The notes beneath the pieces were generated by a model. That model was not told the DNA's origin. It was given only the letters and a program-made list of their open reading frames with translations, and made no database searches. A program made the translations under genes and the position numbers. This document shows, one piece after another, positions 1 to 9,984 of a stretch of 64,000 nt of DNA. Origin of the DNA: an uncultured Chloroflexia bacterium (lineage in GTDB: Bacteria > Chloroflexota > Limnocylindria > Limnocylindrales > CSP1-4); the NCBI GenBank assembly GCA_963720755.1, contig CAVRGP010000011.1, positions 768,001 through 832,000 of the forward strand. Reading direction: 5' to 3'. Position 1 is the stretch's first letter, and each line of letters starts with the position of its first letter.

Positions 1-163
1 CCACGCCGGATCGTTCGCACATGACCCCGCACAGCGCGGCGAACCCGATCGGGACACCGGCCTTGACGATGATCGGAGCGATGTCCGGCAGGACCGCCAG
101 GATGTACCCGACGAACTCGAAGATGAGTCCGATGATCGGCAGGCCGTACAGGAACTGGTCCAT
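1..163 (-). CDS. Nucleoside/sugar ABC transporter permease (second permease), runs off the window edge
   Basis: Minus-strand ATG at 163 overlaps the stop of the upstream permease; translates MDQFLYGLP...ALCGVMCERSGV, matching the ERSGVxNIG motif of BMP-associated permeases. Confidence 0.8.
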   Translation of the reverse strand, partial: MDQFLYGLPIIGLIFEFVGYILAVLPDIAPIIVKAGVPIGFAALCGVMCERSGV

Positions 164-1284
164 CAGCGGATCGTCGCCTCGCCGCTGTAGGTCGCCGCGA
201 AGGTCGTGGTCTCCTCAAGGCCTGTCCCGGCGCCTTTGAGTCGGAAGATCCGCTTGATGACCGGGCTGGCGACCAGGAAGAAGAGGATCGTCGCCTGCAG
301 GACGCCGACCAGTTCAGCCGGGACCCCGGCCTGGATCTGCATCGCGGCCGAGCCGGTCCGCATCGCCCCGAACAGGAGCGCAGCCAGGACGATCCCGATC
401 GGGCTCGTCCGGCCGAGCAGGGCCACGGCGATCGAGTCGAACCCGACCGTGGTGCCGTAGGTCGTCGTCATCTGATGGGTCGCACCCAACAGGTCGGTCG
501 CCCCGGCCATCCCGGCCAGGAGGCCGGCCACCGACATCGTCCAGATGATCAGCCGTCGTGGCGACATGCCCGCGTACCGCGCGGCATCCGGACTTGCGCC
601 GGCGATCCGGATCTCGAACCCGCGTGTCGTGCGGAAGAGCAGCCAGCCATAGAGCACCGCCATGATCGGCGCATAGATGATCGCGATCGTGCCATTGCGT
701 CCGATGATCACCGGCAAAGCGGCGTTGCCGACGGGCAGGGTCGTCGGTGACACGGATCCCGGGACGTTCAACGGGCCACTCACGGCCGCCGCCAGGATGG
801 CCAGGGCCACGAAGTTGAGCATGATCGTCGTCACCACTTCGTGGGCGCCGGACACGGCCTTGAGGAACCCGGGGATGAAGCCCCAGGCCGCGCCGAAGAC
901 CATCCCCGCGGCCAGGGCGAGCGGAACCGCGACGATGACCGGGCTCTCGCGGAGCTGGACGCCGACGATGACCGAGCCGAGCGCGCCCATCAGGAATTGA
1001 CCCTGGGCACCGATGTTGAACAGCCCGGCCTTGAATGCCAGGCCCACCGACAGACCGCCGAGCAGGAGCGGCATCGAGTTGGTGAGCGTGTTGACGATCG
1101 CCCGCTCCGACCCGAGCGCCCCGCTGATCAGCGCGCCATAGGCATCGATCGCGAGGCCGAATGACAGTTCGCCGCTCACGAGCCACTCGGAACCGACGAT
1201 GACGAACGACCCGACGAGCAGGGCCAGGATGATCGAGATGAGCGGAAGCGCCAGCATCGCCCACACCCGGCTGATCACGGTCAT
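163..1284 (-). CDS. Nucleoside/sugar ABC transporter permease (BPD_transp_2 type)
   Basis: Hydrophobic 373 aa ORF with GLFNIGAQGQ, HEVVTTIMLN and GFDSIAVALLG motifs. Confidence 0.92.
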   Translation of the reverse strand: MTVISRVWAMLALPLISIILALLVGSFVIVGSEWLVSGELSFGLAIDAYGALISGALGSERAIVNTLTNSMPLLLGGLSVGLAFKAGLFNIGAQGQFLMGALGSVIVGVQLRESPVIVAVPLALAAGMVFGAAWGFIPGFLKAVSGAHEVVTTIMLNFVALAILAAAVSGPLNVPGSVSPTTLPVGNAALPVIIGRNGTIAIIYAPIMAVLYGWLLFRTTRGFEIRIAGASPDAARYAGMSPRRLIIWTMSVAGLLAGMAGATDLLGATHQMTTTYGTTVGFDSIAVALLGRTSPIGIVLAALLFGAMRTGSAAMQIQAGVPAELVGVLQATILFFLVASPVIKRIFRLKGAGTGLEETTTFAATYSGEATIR

Positions 1285-2879
1285 GCCGCACCCTCGGCCG
1301 CGCTCTTTTCCGGCTCATGGCCGCCGGTGGCCATGAGGATCCCGATCTCGTTCTTGTCCGCGGTCCGCGCATCGCGGATGCCGACCAGGCGGCCGCGATA
1401 CATGACGGCGATCCGATCGGACAGCTCGAGGACCTCGTCCAATTCGGCTGAGACAAGCAGGATCGCGGTGCCCGCATCGCGTTTGGCGATCGTCTGGCGA
1501 TGGATGAACTCGATGCTCCCGACGTCAAGCCCACGGGTCGGCTGATCCAGGACGAGGAGGCGCAGGTCACGGCCGAACTCGCGAGCGACGACGACCTTCT
1601 GCTGATTGCCGCCGGACAGGGTTGCCGCCTTGGCCTCGGCCGATGTCGTCCGGATGTCGAACGCCTTGATCCGTTCCTCGGCTGACGCCTTGATCGCCGC
1701 ATCATTGCGGAGCAGGCCGCGCGAGTACGGCGGTCGGTGGTAGCTGGTCAGGACCAGGTTGTCCGCGATGCTGAACGACAGGACAAGGCCGAACCGATGG
1801 CGATCTGCGGGGACGTAGCCGACACCGGTCTCGTAGATGGCCCGTGACCCCTTGCCGGTGATATCGGCATCGCCGAGTCGGACGTGTCCGCCACTCGGTT
1901 TGCGAAGCCCGACGATGGCTTCGACCAGTTCGTCCTGACCGTTGCCGGCGACGCCGGCGATGCCCAGGATCTCGCCCGCGCGGACCTCGAGGTCGATGTC
2001 GTGGACGACCTCCTGGCCTCGCGTGCCCTTGACGACCAGTCCGGAGACCGTCAGGACCGGGCCCGCGGGGTTCGATTCGCCGCGGTCGACCGTGAGTGAG
2101 ACTTCGCGGCCGACCATGAGCTCGGCGAGATCCGCCTCGTCGGTCGCCGACGGGACCCGTTCTCCGACGACCTTGCCGCGTCGAATGACGGTGATCCGAT
2201 CGGCGATCTCGATGACCTCGTACAGCTTGTGGCTGATGAAGACGATGCTGTGTCCTTCCGCGGCGAGGCGGCGGAGGACCTCGAAGATCTCCTCGGTTTC
2301 CTGGGGCGTGAGCACTGCGGTCGGCTCATCGAGGACCAGGATCTTGGCATTCCGATACAGCGCCTTCAGGATCTCGACGCGCTGCTGCCAGCCGACCGAG
2401 AGCGAGCCGACCTTGACGTCGGGGTCGATCTCGAACCCGAACCGGCGGCCGAGATCGACGATGCGGCGGCGGATCTCATTTCGGTCCAGGAAGACGCCGG
2501 CCGTGGTGGATTCCTGGCCGAGCACGATGTTCTCGGCGACGGTCAGCACGGGAACGAGCATGAAATGTTGATGGACCATGCTGATCCCGCGGGCGATGGC
2601 GTCTGACGGGCCGGTCAGACTGAGCTCTGTGCCGTCGAGCAGGATCTGACCCTCATCGGGGCGGGCCAGTCCGTACAGGATGTTCATGAGGGTGGTCTTG
2701 CCGGCGCCGTTCTCTCCGAGCAGCGCATGGATCTCGCCCGGGCGGATCTCAAGATCGATGGCGTCGTTGGCAACGACCCCCGGATAGCGCTTCGTGATGC
2801 CTCGCATCTCGAGCGCCGGAGCGCGGACGTTCGGGGATCCCGATTCCATGGGCTCTTCGCCCTCGTTCACGGTGGTCAT
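1281..2879 (-). CDS. ABC transporter ATP-binding protein, two-domain (nucleoside/sugar CUT2 type)
   Basis: GENGAGKTT Walker A, LVLDEPT, LSGGNQQK in second domain. Confidence 0.95.
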   Translation of the reverse strand: MTTVNEGEEPMESGSPNVRAPALEMRGITKRYPGVVANDAIDLEIRPGEIHALLGENGAGKTTLMNILYGLARPDEGQILLDGTELSLTGPSDAIARGISMVHQHFMLVPVLTVAENIVLGQESTTAGVFLDRNEIRRRIVDLGRRFGFEIDPDVKVGSLSVGWQQRVEILKALYRNAKILVLDEPTAVLTPQETEEIFEVLRRLAAEGHSIVFISHKLYEVIEIADRITVIRRGKVVGERVPSATDEADLAELMVGREVSLTVDRGESNPAGPVLTVSGLVVKGTRGQEVVHDIDLEVRAGEILGIAGVAGNGQDELVEAIVGLRKPSGGHVRLGDADITGKGSRAIYETGVGYVPADRHRFGLVLSFSIADNLVLTSYHRPPYSRGLLRNDAAIKASAEERIKAFDIRTTSAEAKAATLSGGNQQKVVVAREFGRDLRLLVLDQPTRGLDVGSIEFIHRQTIAKRDAGTAILLVSAELDEVLELSDRIAVMYRGRLVGIRDARTADKNEIGILMATGGHEPEKSAAEGAA

Positions 2880-2896
2880 GGGTTGGGGATAGAGAT

Positions 2897-2927
2897 GAGC
2901 GGGCCGGTCATCACGACCGACCCGCTC
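2897..2927 (-). terminator. Stem-loop between the binding-protein and ATPase genes (mRNA-stabilising or attenuating hairpin)
   Basis: gagcggg-ccggtc-atcac-gaccga-cccgctc inverted repeat just downstream of the BMP stop codon. Confidence 0.5.
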
Positions 2928-2945
2928 GACCAGACGTCGTCCGGT

Positions 2946-4151
2946 CTAGTTACCGATGGGCGGTGCGGGCGTCATGCCGCACTCGGGAGCTGGCGGGCAG
3001 GTGACGACGGTGCCACTGGCCATACCGGCCAGGGCCGTGTCGATCGTCGCCTGCATGTCCGCCGGGAGCTTGCTGGCCGCTTCGTAGAAGGGCGAGACCC
3101 CGACGCCGTCGTTGGCGGCGTTGTAGTAGATCTTGCCTCCAACGGCGGTGCCGCCGGAGATTTGCTGGATGGACGTCGCGACGGACACGCTCAGGTGCTT
3201 CTCTGCGCTTGTCAGGATGCACGCCTGCGACGCCGGGTAGGACTGGTACTGGTCGACGTCGACACCGATGGCGTTGATGCCGGCCGCACAGGCGGCGTCG
3301 ATGACACCGTTGCCGGTCGCGCCGGCGACCTGGAAGACGACGTCGATGCCCGGATTCTGCTTGATGAACTGCTGGCCGAAGGTTGTGCCACCGGGCTGGT
3401 CATAGAAGCCCTTGACGAAGTCGCTGGCCGAGACCCAAGCGGTCTTGACGACGATGCTCGGGTTGACCGACTGGGCTCCAAGGTAGTAGCCCTGGATGTA
3501 GCGAACGCACGGAGCGCAGACGGCGACGCCGCCGACGGCGCCGATGATCCCGCTCTGGCTGGCGGACGCGGCGACCATCCCGGCGAGGTAGCCGGCCTGG
3601 TCTTCCTGGAAGTTGATCGCGATGTAGTTCGGGATCAACGTGGCGAGGTCGCCGGAGCAATCGGAGAAGTCAAGGCTCACGTCACCGTTGGCGTCGATGC
3701 ACGGATCGGCGTCGACTCCGATGAACCAGATATCCGGGTTCTCCTTGGCCAGTTTGGCCGTGGCATTGACCAGGTTGAACCCGACCGCGACGATGATGTC
3801 GTAGCCCTGGTCGACGTAGGCCTGCAGGTCCGGCTCGTAGTCGGACGGTGCGGTCGGGACGACGACCGACGGTGTCTTGGCGCCGATCTGGCGCGCCCCG
3901 GCGACGGCGCCGGCGTAGCTGTACTGGTTGAAGTTCTTGTCGTTGACGGCACCGACGTCGGTGACGACGCCGATCTTGAGGTCGCTCGTCGGCTTGGCCG
4001 ACGGGGCCTCCGTCGGGGCTTCCGACATCGCGGCCGAAGGCTCCGTCGTCGGAGCGGTCGTCGGCGCGTTCGTCGCCGCGCTGCTGTTGCAGGCGGCGAC
4101 CAGGATGGACAACCCTGCGAACAGGGTCAGCCCAGTGCTGCGGATGCGCAT
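2946..4151 (-). CDS. BMP family ABC substrate-binding lipoprotein (purine nucleoside receptor-like)
   Basis: SD GGAGGAGG before ATG 4151; lipobox ILVAA-C; DKNFNQ, FQEDQAGYLAG and IGVDVDQ motifs. Confidence 0.92.
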   Translation of the reverse strand: MRIRSTGLTLFAGLSILVAACNSSAATNAPTTAPTTEPSAAMSEAPTEAPSAKPTSDLKIGVVTDVGAVNDKNFNQYSYAGAVAGARQIGAKTPSVVVPTAPSDYEPDLQAYVDQGYDIIVAVGFNLVNATAKLAKENPDIWFIGVDADPCIDANGDVSLDFSDCSGDLATLIPNYIAINFQEDQAGYLAGMVAASASQSGIIGAVGGVAVCAPCVRYIQGYYLGAQSVNPSIVVKTAWVSASDFVKGFYDQPGGTTFGQQFIKQNPGIDVVFQVAGATGNGVIDAACAAGINAIGVDVDQYQSYPASQACILTSAEKHLSVSVATSIQQISGGTAVGGKIYYNAANDGVGVSPFYEAASKLPADMQATIDTALAGMASGTVVTCPPAPECGMTPAPPIGN

Positions 4152-4333
4152 GTTTCCTCCTCCAAAGGTCCACGACCGGGTCATCCGGCATCGTGTTCGG
4201 ACCAGGGGCGACGTGGGCTAGTTGCCGTCGACCCTCCCGGCCGACCGCGGTGCACATCGTAACGACCGGAGGTATGACGCGGCAAGCCGATTCGCGCGAT
4301 CGCGGGGGGATGTCGCGGTCACGCCGCCGGGGC

Positions 4334-4711
4334 TCATCGCCGGCCGCGCTGCAGTTCGTCGATCCGCTCGTCGGAGATCCCGAGATGGTGGGCGATCTCG
4401 TGGTAGACGGTGTCCGCGACGGCCGCCGCGAATCGGTCCGGCGTCCGGTTCGCTCGCACCAGCGGCCCACGGAAGATCGTGATCTTGCTGGGCGCGGGGG
4501 CGCCATCCGCCGACCATCGGGTCCGCGGGATGCCCTGGTACAGGCCGAACAGTCCGCCTGCGCCGACCGATGCCAGCTGCTCCGCCGTCGCTTCGTCCTC
4601 GATGACGATGGCGACACTGCCGAGCTGATCTCGAAATGGCGCCGGCAGCGCCTCGAGGGCATCGATGACGATCGTCTCGATGTCGTCATCGGAAGGATCG
4701 AATGTGGCCAC
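4334..4711 (-). CDS. Zinicin-like (minimal zincin) metallopeptidase
   Basis: LFGLYQG, KITIFRGPL, YHEIAHHLG (HExxH); GTG start 6 nt after TATCGT. Confidence 0.85.
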   Translation of the reverse strand: MATFDPSDDDIETIVIDALEALPAPFRDQLGSVAIVIEDEATAEQLASVGAGGLFGLYQGIPRTRWSADGAPAPSKITIFRGPLVRANRTPDRFAAAVADTVYHEIAHHLGISDERIDELQRGRR

Positions 4712-4830
4712 ACGGAGACGATAGCGGGTCGGACGTCTCGGGGCGTCCGGTTCGCCGCCATGCGACGGGTCATTCGGCCCTAGCGCGCTCGAGCTCGGGC
4801 GTCCATCGTGGGGTGACACAGGAGGCCGAC

Positions 4831-5229
4831 ATGACCATCGACGCGATCCCGCAGACCACCACGCCATTCAACGAGGACATCCTCGCCCGAACGAAGCGAA
4901 ACCACTACTTCCGAGAGGTCGTTTCGACTGGGCCGCACGCCCAGGTCGTGGTGATGAGCATCCCGCCGGCGGGCGACATCGGCGAAGAGATCCATGACGA
5001 CGTCGATCAGGTCCTCGTCTTTGTCGAAGGTGATGGCGTTGCCATCCTCGACGGTCGGCGGACCCCCGTCTCACCGGGCCGCCTCGTCCACGTCCCAGCA
5101 GGGCTGCGCCACAACTTCGTGAACGAGGGAACGACCGATCTCAAGTTGTACACGGTGTATGCCCCGCCGGAGCACGCCGAGGGCACGATCCACCGGACCA
5201 AGGCAGAGGCCGACGCTGACGAGGGCTAG
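4831..5229 (+). CDS. Cupin domain protein
   Basis: SD GGAGG; IGEEIH..DQ..VEG and VPAG.RHNF.N cupin motifs. Confidence 0.88.
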   Translation: MTIDAIPQTTTPFNEDILARTKRNHYFREVVSTGPHAQVVVMSIPPAGDIGEEIHDDVDQVLVFVEGDGVAILDGRRTPVSPGRLVHVPAGLRHNFVNEGTTDLKLYTVYAPPEHAEGTIHRTKAEADADEG

Positions 5230-5232
5230 CCG

Positions 5233-5260
5233 TTGACAATGGCGACGGGTCCGCGATAGT
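5233..5260 (+). promoter_or_regulatory. Sigma70-type promoter for the DUF4242 gene
   Basis: TTGACA (5233-5238), 16 nt spacer, GATAGT (5255-5260). Confidence 0.5.
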
Positions 5261-5302
5261 TGACCGTCTTACCCCGGACGACGCGACAGGAGACCCGACG
5301 CC

Positions 5303-5554
5303 ATGCCGCTGTACCTCGACACGCACGACCATGTCCCTGGCCTGACCGGTGAGGCCGTCGCCCAGGCGCATGCCGCGGACCTGGCGGTCCAGGGCAAGTA
5401 CGACGTCAAGTACCTGCGCTACTGGTACGACGAGGCGACCGGCAAGGTCTTCTGCCTCGCCGAAGCGCCAAGTCCAGAAGCAGCGGAAGCCGTCCACCGG
5501 GAGGCCCACGGCCTGCTCGCCGACTCGATCGTGGAGGTCAAAGAGGGAGCGTAG
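5303..5554 (+). CDS. DUF4242 / SCO4226-like nickel-binding protein
   Basis: MPLYLDTH...AHAADL...YWYDE..GKVFCL..AP......VHREAHGL signature; SD AGGAG. Confidence 0.88.
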   Translation: MPLYLDTHDHVPGLTGEAVAQAHAADLAVQGKYDVKYLRYWYDEATGKVFCLAEAPSPEAAEAVHREAHGLLADSIVEVKEGA

Positions 5555-8303
5555 CCAGCGCCTCGTTCGGGGTCATCTGGCGGCCCTCGCGCCTGGCAGC
5601 CTCGAACCGCTCGGTCCCAAGGCGAGCCTCGAGGTTAGCCAGCTGCTGGTCATGCGCGGCGGCGGTCCGGGGCGGGACGATCGCCCGGATGGACTCCCGG
5701 AGTGACGTGGCGGCGCCATCGAGTCGGGCGGCGGCCTCCGGATCCTCGGTCGCGACCGCCCCGGCCAGGCTCTCCATCGCGCTGGCGAGGCCGGGCATGT
5801 CCCCGAGCTCCTGGCGGATCGCCAGGCTCTGCCGGAACAGCCCACGTGCGCGAGGCCCATCCCCATCGGCCAGTGCCAACTCGGCAAGCTGGGTCAGCAC
5901 GCGCGCGACGCCCCGTCGGTCGCCGAGCTCCTCGAGGATGGCCAGGGCTTCGATGTGGAGTGTCCGGGATCGCTCAAGCTGACCGGCTCGGTGGGCGATC
6001 CGCGCGAACGCATCCAGAGCGAACGCCTCCGTCCAGCGATCCCCCAGGCGCCGGATGGAGGCGAGGATCTCCTCCTCGAGCGATTGGGTGGCGGCCAGGT
6101 CGCCCTCCCGAGCCGCGACATCGGCAAGGTTGATGGATCCGAAGGCCGCGCCGCGCACGTCGCCGAGCTCCTTCGAGATCGAGATCGCCTCCTCGTAGAG
6201 TTCGCGGGCCCGCGCATTGTCGCCGAGCTGGATCGAGGTGTTCGCCAGGTTGTTCGCCGCGTAGGCCACGCCCTGTGGATCGCCGATCTGCCGCTGGAGC
6301 GCCAGGCTTTCGCTCTGGAGTTCCGCGGCGGCCCGGAGATCACCCTGCATGAACGCCAGATTGGCGGCGCCGGTCAGGGCATCGGCTCGCAGCGCGGACG
6401 TCTCCTCGCCGACAGCGTCCAGCATCCGATCCAGCCAGGCGCGCCCCTCGGAGAGGTGGCCACGGATCTCCCAGTACCGCCACAGGCCGGCTGCGATCCG
6501 CAGACCCGCCCGGGCCTCGCCGGGTTGATCGAGGCACCATTCGAGGGCGGCTCGAACGTCTTCGTGCTCGTCGTCGAGACGACGGAGCCAATCGATCGGT
6601 TCGGGACCGTGGAAAAAGGCAGGCGATGCCTTGTCGACAAGGGCGAGGAAGAGGTCGCGGTGACGCCGCAGCGTCGAATCGGCCTCGTCCGCCTCGACGA
6701 GCCGGCTGCGGGCGTACTCCCGGACGGTCTCGAGCAGCCGGAAATGGGCCTCCGACGAGGTCGGATCGGTGAACACCAGGGACTTCTCGACCAGCCGTCC
6801 GAGGAGGTCCAGGATGTCCATCGCGTCGACCGGGTCTCCCGCGCAGACTGACTCGGCTGCTTCGAGTGACGCTCCACTCGCGAACACGGACAGGCGTCGG
6901 AGCACCGCTCGCTCCGGCTCGGTCAACAGGTCGTAGCTCCAGTCGATCGTCGCGCGCAACGTCTGATGCCGGGCGACCGACGTTCGACTCCCGCCGGTCA
7001 GGAGCCGGAACCGATCGTCGAGGCGGGACGCGATCTGTTCGACCGGGAGCGCCCTGACGCGGGCCGCCGCGAGTTCGATGGCGAGCGGGATGCCGTCGAG
7101 GCGGCGGCACAGCTGCGCGACCGACCGGGCATTCTGGTCGGTCAATCCGAACGACGGCTGGACCGCCTGCGCGCGCTCCACGAACAGCTGACAGGCATCG
7201 ATCGATGCGAGGTCGCGTGCGCTGATGCTCGCGTCGACGCCGGGCGTCGAGAGCGAGGCGATCGGCAGGATCGCCTCGCCGGGCACGCCAAGCGCCTCCC
7301 GGCTGGTGACGACGATGCGAACCGTGGAGCAGACCTGGACGAGGTTCTCGGCAAGCTCGGCGGCCGCCGTGAGGACGGGGTCGCAGTCGTCGAGGACGAG
7401 GAGGAGTCGCTTGCCTTTGAGTTGATCGACGATCGTGGACAGCAGCGACCGCCCGGCCGGATCGGGCAGACCGATCGCACTCACCACCGAGGGCAGCAGG
7501 AAGCTCGGATCGCTGAGATTGCCGCACTCGATGATCCAGGTCCCGTCGTCGAATCGTTCGAGCAGCGTCCTGGCCAGGCGCCGTCCGATCCGGGTCTTGC
7601 CCACGCCACCCGGACCGGTCAGCGTCAGCAACGACGACTGGTCGAGCATCCGGGTCGCCTGCTCGATCTCACGGTCGCGACCGACGAAGCTCGTGACCTC
7701 GAGCTTGAGGTTGTTCCTCGGCGCATCGCCCGTCCTGGGCGGTGGGAAGTCGCGGGCCAGCCCTGGCCCGGAGACCTGATACAGGCGCTGGGCAGGCCCG
7801 TCGAGCGAGCGCAGGCTGTGCGCTCCCAGGTCGACCGTCCCCAGCGGTGGCCGAAGGTCCTCGGCGACCAAGTCCCGGGTGGTCTGCGAGATCAGGATCT
7901 GGCCGCCGTGACCGGCCGAGCAGATCCTGGCGGCCCGGTGGACGTCCAGTCCGATATAGCCCTCGGTTGCGTTGCGCGGCTCCCCGGTATGGATCCCCAT
8001 CCGGTCACGCACGACGGCGTCGCCGGGCCAGGGGTGGGCCGCGAGGGCCAGCTGCGCGTCGACCGCCGCCTGGACGGCCTCTCGCGCGCTCGCGAAGACG
8101 AAATAGAGCCCATCGCCGGCCGAGCCGCGCTCGAATGCGCCATGCCGGGCGAATGCCTCGCGGATCAACCGATTGTGGTCGGCCAGCACCTCCGGATACC
8201 GGTCGCCGAGCGACTGGAGCAACGCCGTCGAGCCCTCGATGTCGGTGAAGACCATCGTGACGGTCCCGGCCGGAAGCCCCGGCGCCTGTGAATCGATGGA
8301 CAA
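5538..8303 (-). CDS. Class III adenylate/guanylate cyclase - STAND-like ATPase - TPR protein
   Basis: FTDIEGST and GDG cyclase motifs; LTGPGGVGKT Walker A, LLVLDDC, LDGIPLAIELAAAR; C-terminal TPR-like repeats; TTG start chosen after GAGGAG. Confidence 0.88.
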   Translation of the reverse strand: MSIDSQAPGLPAGTVTMVFTDIEGSTALLQSLGDRYPEVLADHNRLIREAFARHGAFERGSAGDGLYFVFASAREAVQAAVDAQLALAAHPWPGDAVVRDRMGIHTGEPRNATEGYIGLDVHRAARICSAGHGGQILISQTTRDLVAEDLRPPLGTVDLGAHSLRSLDGPAQRLYQVSGPGLARDFPPPRTGDAPRNNLKLEVTSFVGRDREIEQATRMLDQSSLLTLTGPGGVGKTRIGRRLARTLLERFDDGTWIIECGNLSDPSFLLPSVVSAIGLPDPAGRSLLSTIVDQLKGKRLLLVLDDCDPVLTAAAELAENLVQVCSTVRIVVTSREALGVPGEAILPIASLSTPGVDASISARDLASIDACQLFVERAQAVQPSFGLTDQNARSVAQLCRRLDGIPLAIELAAARVRALPVEQIASRLDDRFRLLTGGSRTSVARHQTLRATIDWSYDLLTEPERAVLRRLSVFASGASLEAAESVCAGDPVDAMDILDLLGRLVEKSLVFTDPTSSEAHFRLLETVREYARSRLVEADEADSTLRRHRDLFLALVDKASPAFFHGPEPIDWLRRLDDEHEDVRAALEWCLDQPGEARAGLRIAAGLWRYWEIRGHLSEGRAWLDRMLDAVGEETSALRADALTGAANLAFMQGDLRAAAELQSESLALQRQIGDPQGVAYAANNLANTSIQLGDNARARELYEEAISISKELGDVRGAAFGSINLADVAAREGDLAATQSLEEEILASIRRLGDRWTEAFALDAFARIAHRAGQLERSRTLHIEALAILEELGDRRGVARVLTQLAELALADGDGPRARGLFRQSLAIRQELGDMPGLASAMESLAGAVATEDPEAAARLDGAATSLRESIRAIVPPRTAAAHDQQLANLEARLGTERFEAARREGRQMTPNEALATLPL

Positions 8304-8438
8304 CGATCGGCTCCTCTGTCGACTCGGACCCAGAAGACTACGCGGAACGCCGATGGTACGGCGTCTCCGACCCGTTGCCACGCATCATCGACGAGGGGAG
8401 CCGATCGTCAGGCCCGGCCCGGCTGCCGAGAGGACCCG

Positions 8439-9268
8439 TCAGCTGGGCTTTGTCGAGGCAGCTCGTGAGCGGGCGGTCGAACTGGCGGAAGGAGGTGTCA
8501 GCCCGCAATCCGGGGTCGTGCAGAGTTCCAGACCCAGCTCGGTCAGGCCCTCGGCGAGGGGCGTGAATCCGAGGTTGCCGGCGAGGCTTCGCGAGGTGAT
8601 CCCGGCGGGCTCTCCTCGGACCAGCACGACGCTGCCGGAGTCGCCACCACCGACCTGGAGTCGCGAGGCGATCAGGCACGGGAAGTAGGAGCCGTCCTGC
8701 GCGGCATCCTGCAGGTAGGAGCCCTTCTCGAGGACCGTCCCGGTGCGGTAGATGCCGCGTCCGTCCATCTCGATCGGATCCCCGACGGCGACGTCGGTAC
8801 AGGCGAGCGGCTGGCTGTCCGGCGCGAGGATCCGGTAGCCGCCGACCCCGAGGTCGATCTCGTTGAGGTGGCCCCACGGGATCCGGTCGGGCGCGACGAT
8901 GAGGTAGTTCATGTCCGACGCCTGACAGGTGTGGTCCGGATAGGCGCAGGTGGCGTCCTGTGCCGTCGGGCCGAAGATGCCCTGGACGGTCCCGTCGGGC
9001 GACGTCGCGGTCGTGCCCATGCCAGCACAATGCGGCGACGACGTGAGCACGATGGTGTCACCGAGCCGCGCATAGACGCCGGCTGAGCAGTAGCCAGGGA
9101 TCCACTGGCCGGCCAGGACCGGAGGGTCGTAGACGGTGTCGTACGGTGCGGCGTCGTGATGGCACGCACGACCGTGAAGGTTCCGAGCCCGAGCGCGAGT
9201 CCGGCCAGGACGACGATGACCAGGCGGACGGGACGGATGCGGATCCGGGCTCGAGTCGTGGGCACCAT
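8439..9268 (-). CDS. Exported trypsin-like (S1) serine protease, apparent 1-nt frameshift near 9150
   Basis: Hydrophobic N-terminus in the frame starting 9268; protease frame has LTSSPHC (His), ASDMNY (Asp), GGDSGS (Ser). Confidence 0.65.
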
Positions 9269-9339
9269 GGCCCAACCGTCGCATCGCGGTTCGTCGGCGC
9301 AACACCCTCAAGGTCCTGGGACCTCGGGTCGGTCCGCGG

Positions 9340-9984
9340 TCAACGGCGGAGCATCGTCAGCACCGCCAGCACCCGCCGGTTCAGGTCCGGAGACGGCTCG
9401 AGGTCGAGCTTCTGGAACACGACGGCCGAGGCGGCCTCCACCGTGCGCTCGCTGATCCCGAGTTCACGGGCGATGCCCGCGTTCGACCGGCCCTCGGCCA
9501 TCAGGGCGAGAATCTCGCGTTCGCGGCTCGTGAGTGACTCGAGTGGCGAGTCGGGCCGCCTCCCGCGCATGAGTTGGGCCACGATGGTCGGGTCGATCAC
9601 GCACTCGCCCTCGGTGACCCGGCGCAGGGCATCCACGAGCACGGCGATGTTCGAGACCCGCTCCTTGAGCAGGTACCCGAGTCCGCCGGGCTGGTCGGCG
9701 AGCAGGCGCTGCGCATAGCGCGGCTCCACGTACTGGCTGAGCAGCACGACGGCGGTTGACGGGTGCTCGTCGCGGATCCGCCGCGCGGCGACCAGGCCCT
9801 CATCACTGTGCGTGGGCGGCATCCGGATGTCGACGATCGCGACGTCGGGCTGCTGGCGGACGACGAGCGTCAGTAGCTCATCGGCGTCGCCCGCCTCGCC
9901 CACGACTTCGACGCCGGCATCAGCGAGCAAGCGCGCCAGCCCGGACCGGACCAGCATCACGTCGTCGGCGATGACTACTCGCAT
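9340..9984 (-). CDS. NarL/LuxR-family response regulator
   Basis: IADD, VDIRMPP (phospho-Asp), GYLLK; C-terminal LTSREREILALMAEGRSNAGIA HTH. Confidence 0.95.
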   Translation of the reverse strand: MRVVIADDVMLVRSGLARLLADAGVEVVGEAGDADELLTLVVRQQPDVAIVDIRMPPTHSDEGLVAARRIRDEHPSTAVVLLSQYVEPRYAQRLLADQPGGLGYLLKERVSNIAVLVDALRRVTEGECVIDPTIVAQLMRGRRPDSPLESLTSREREILALMAEGRSNAGIARELGISERTVEAASAVVFQKLDLEPSPDLNRRVLAVLTMLRR

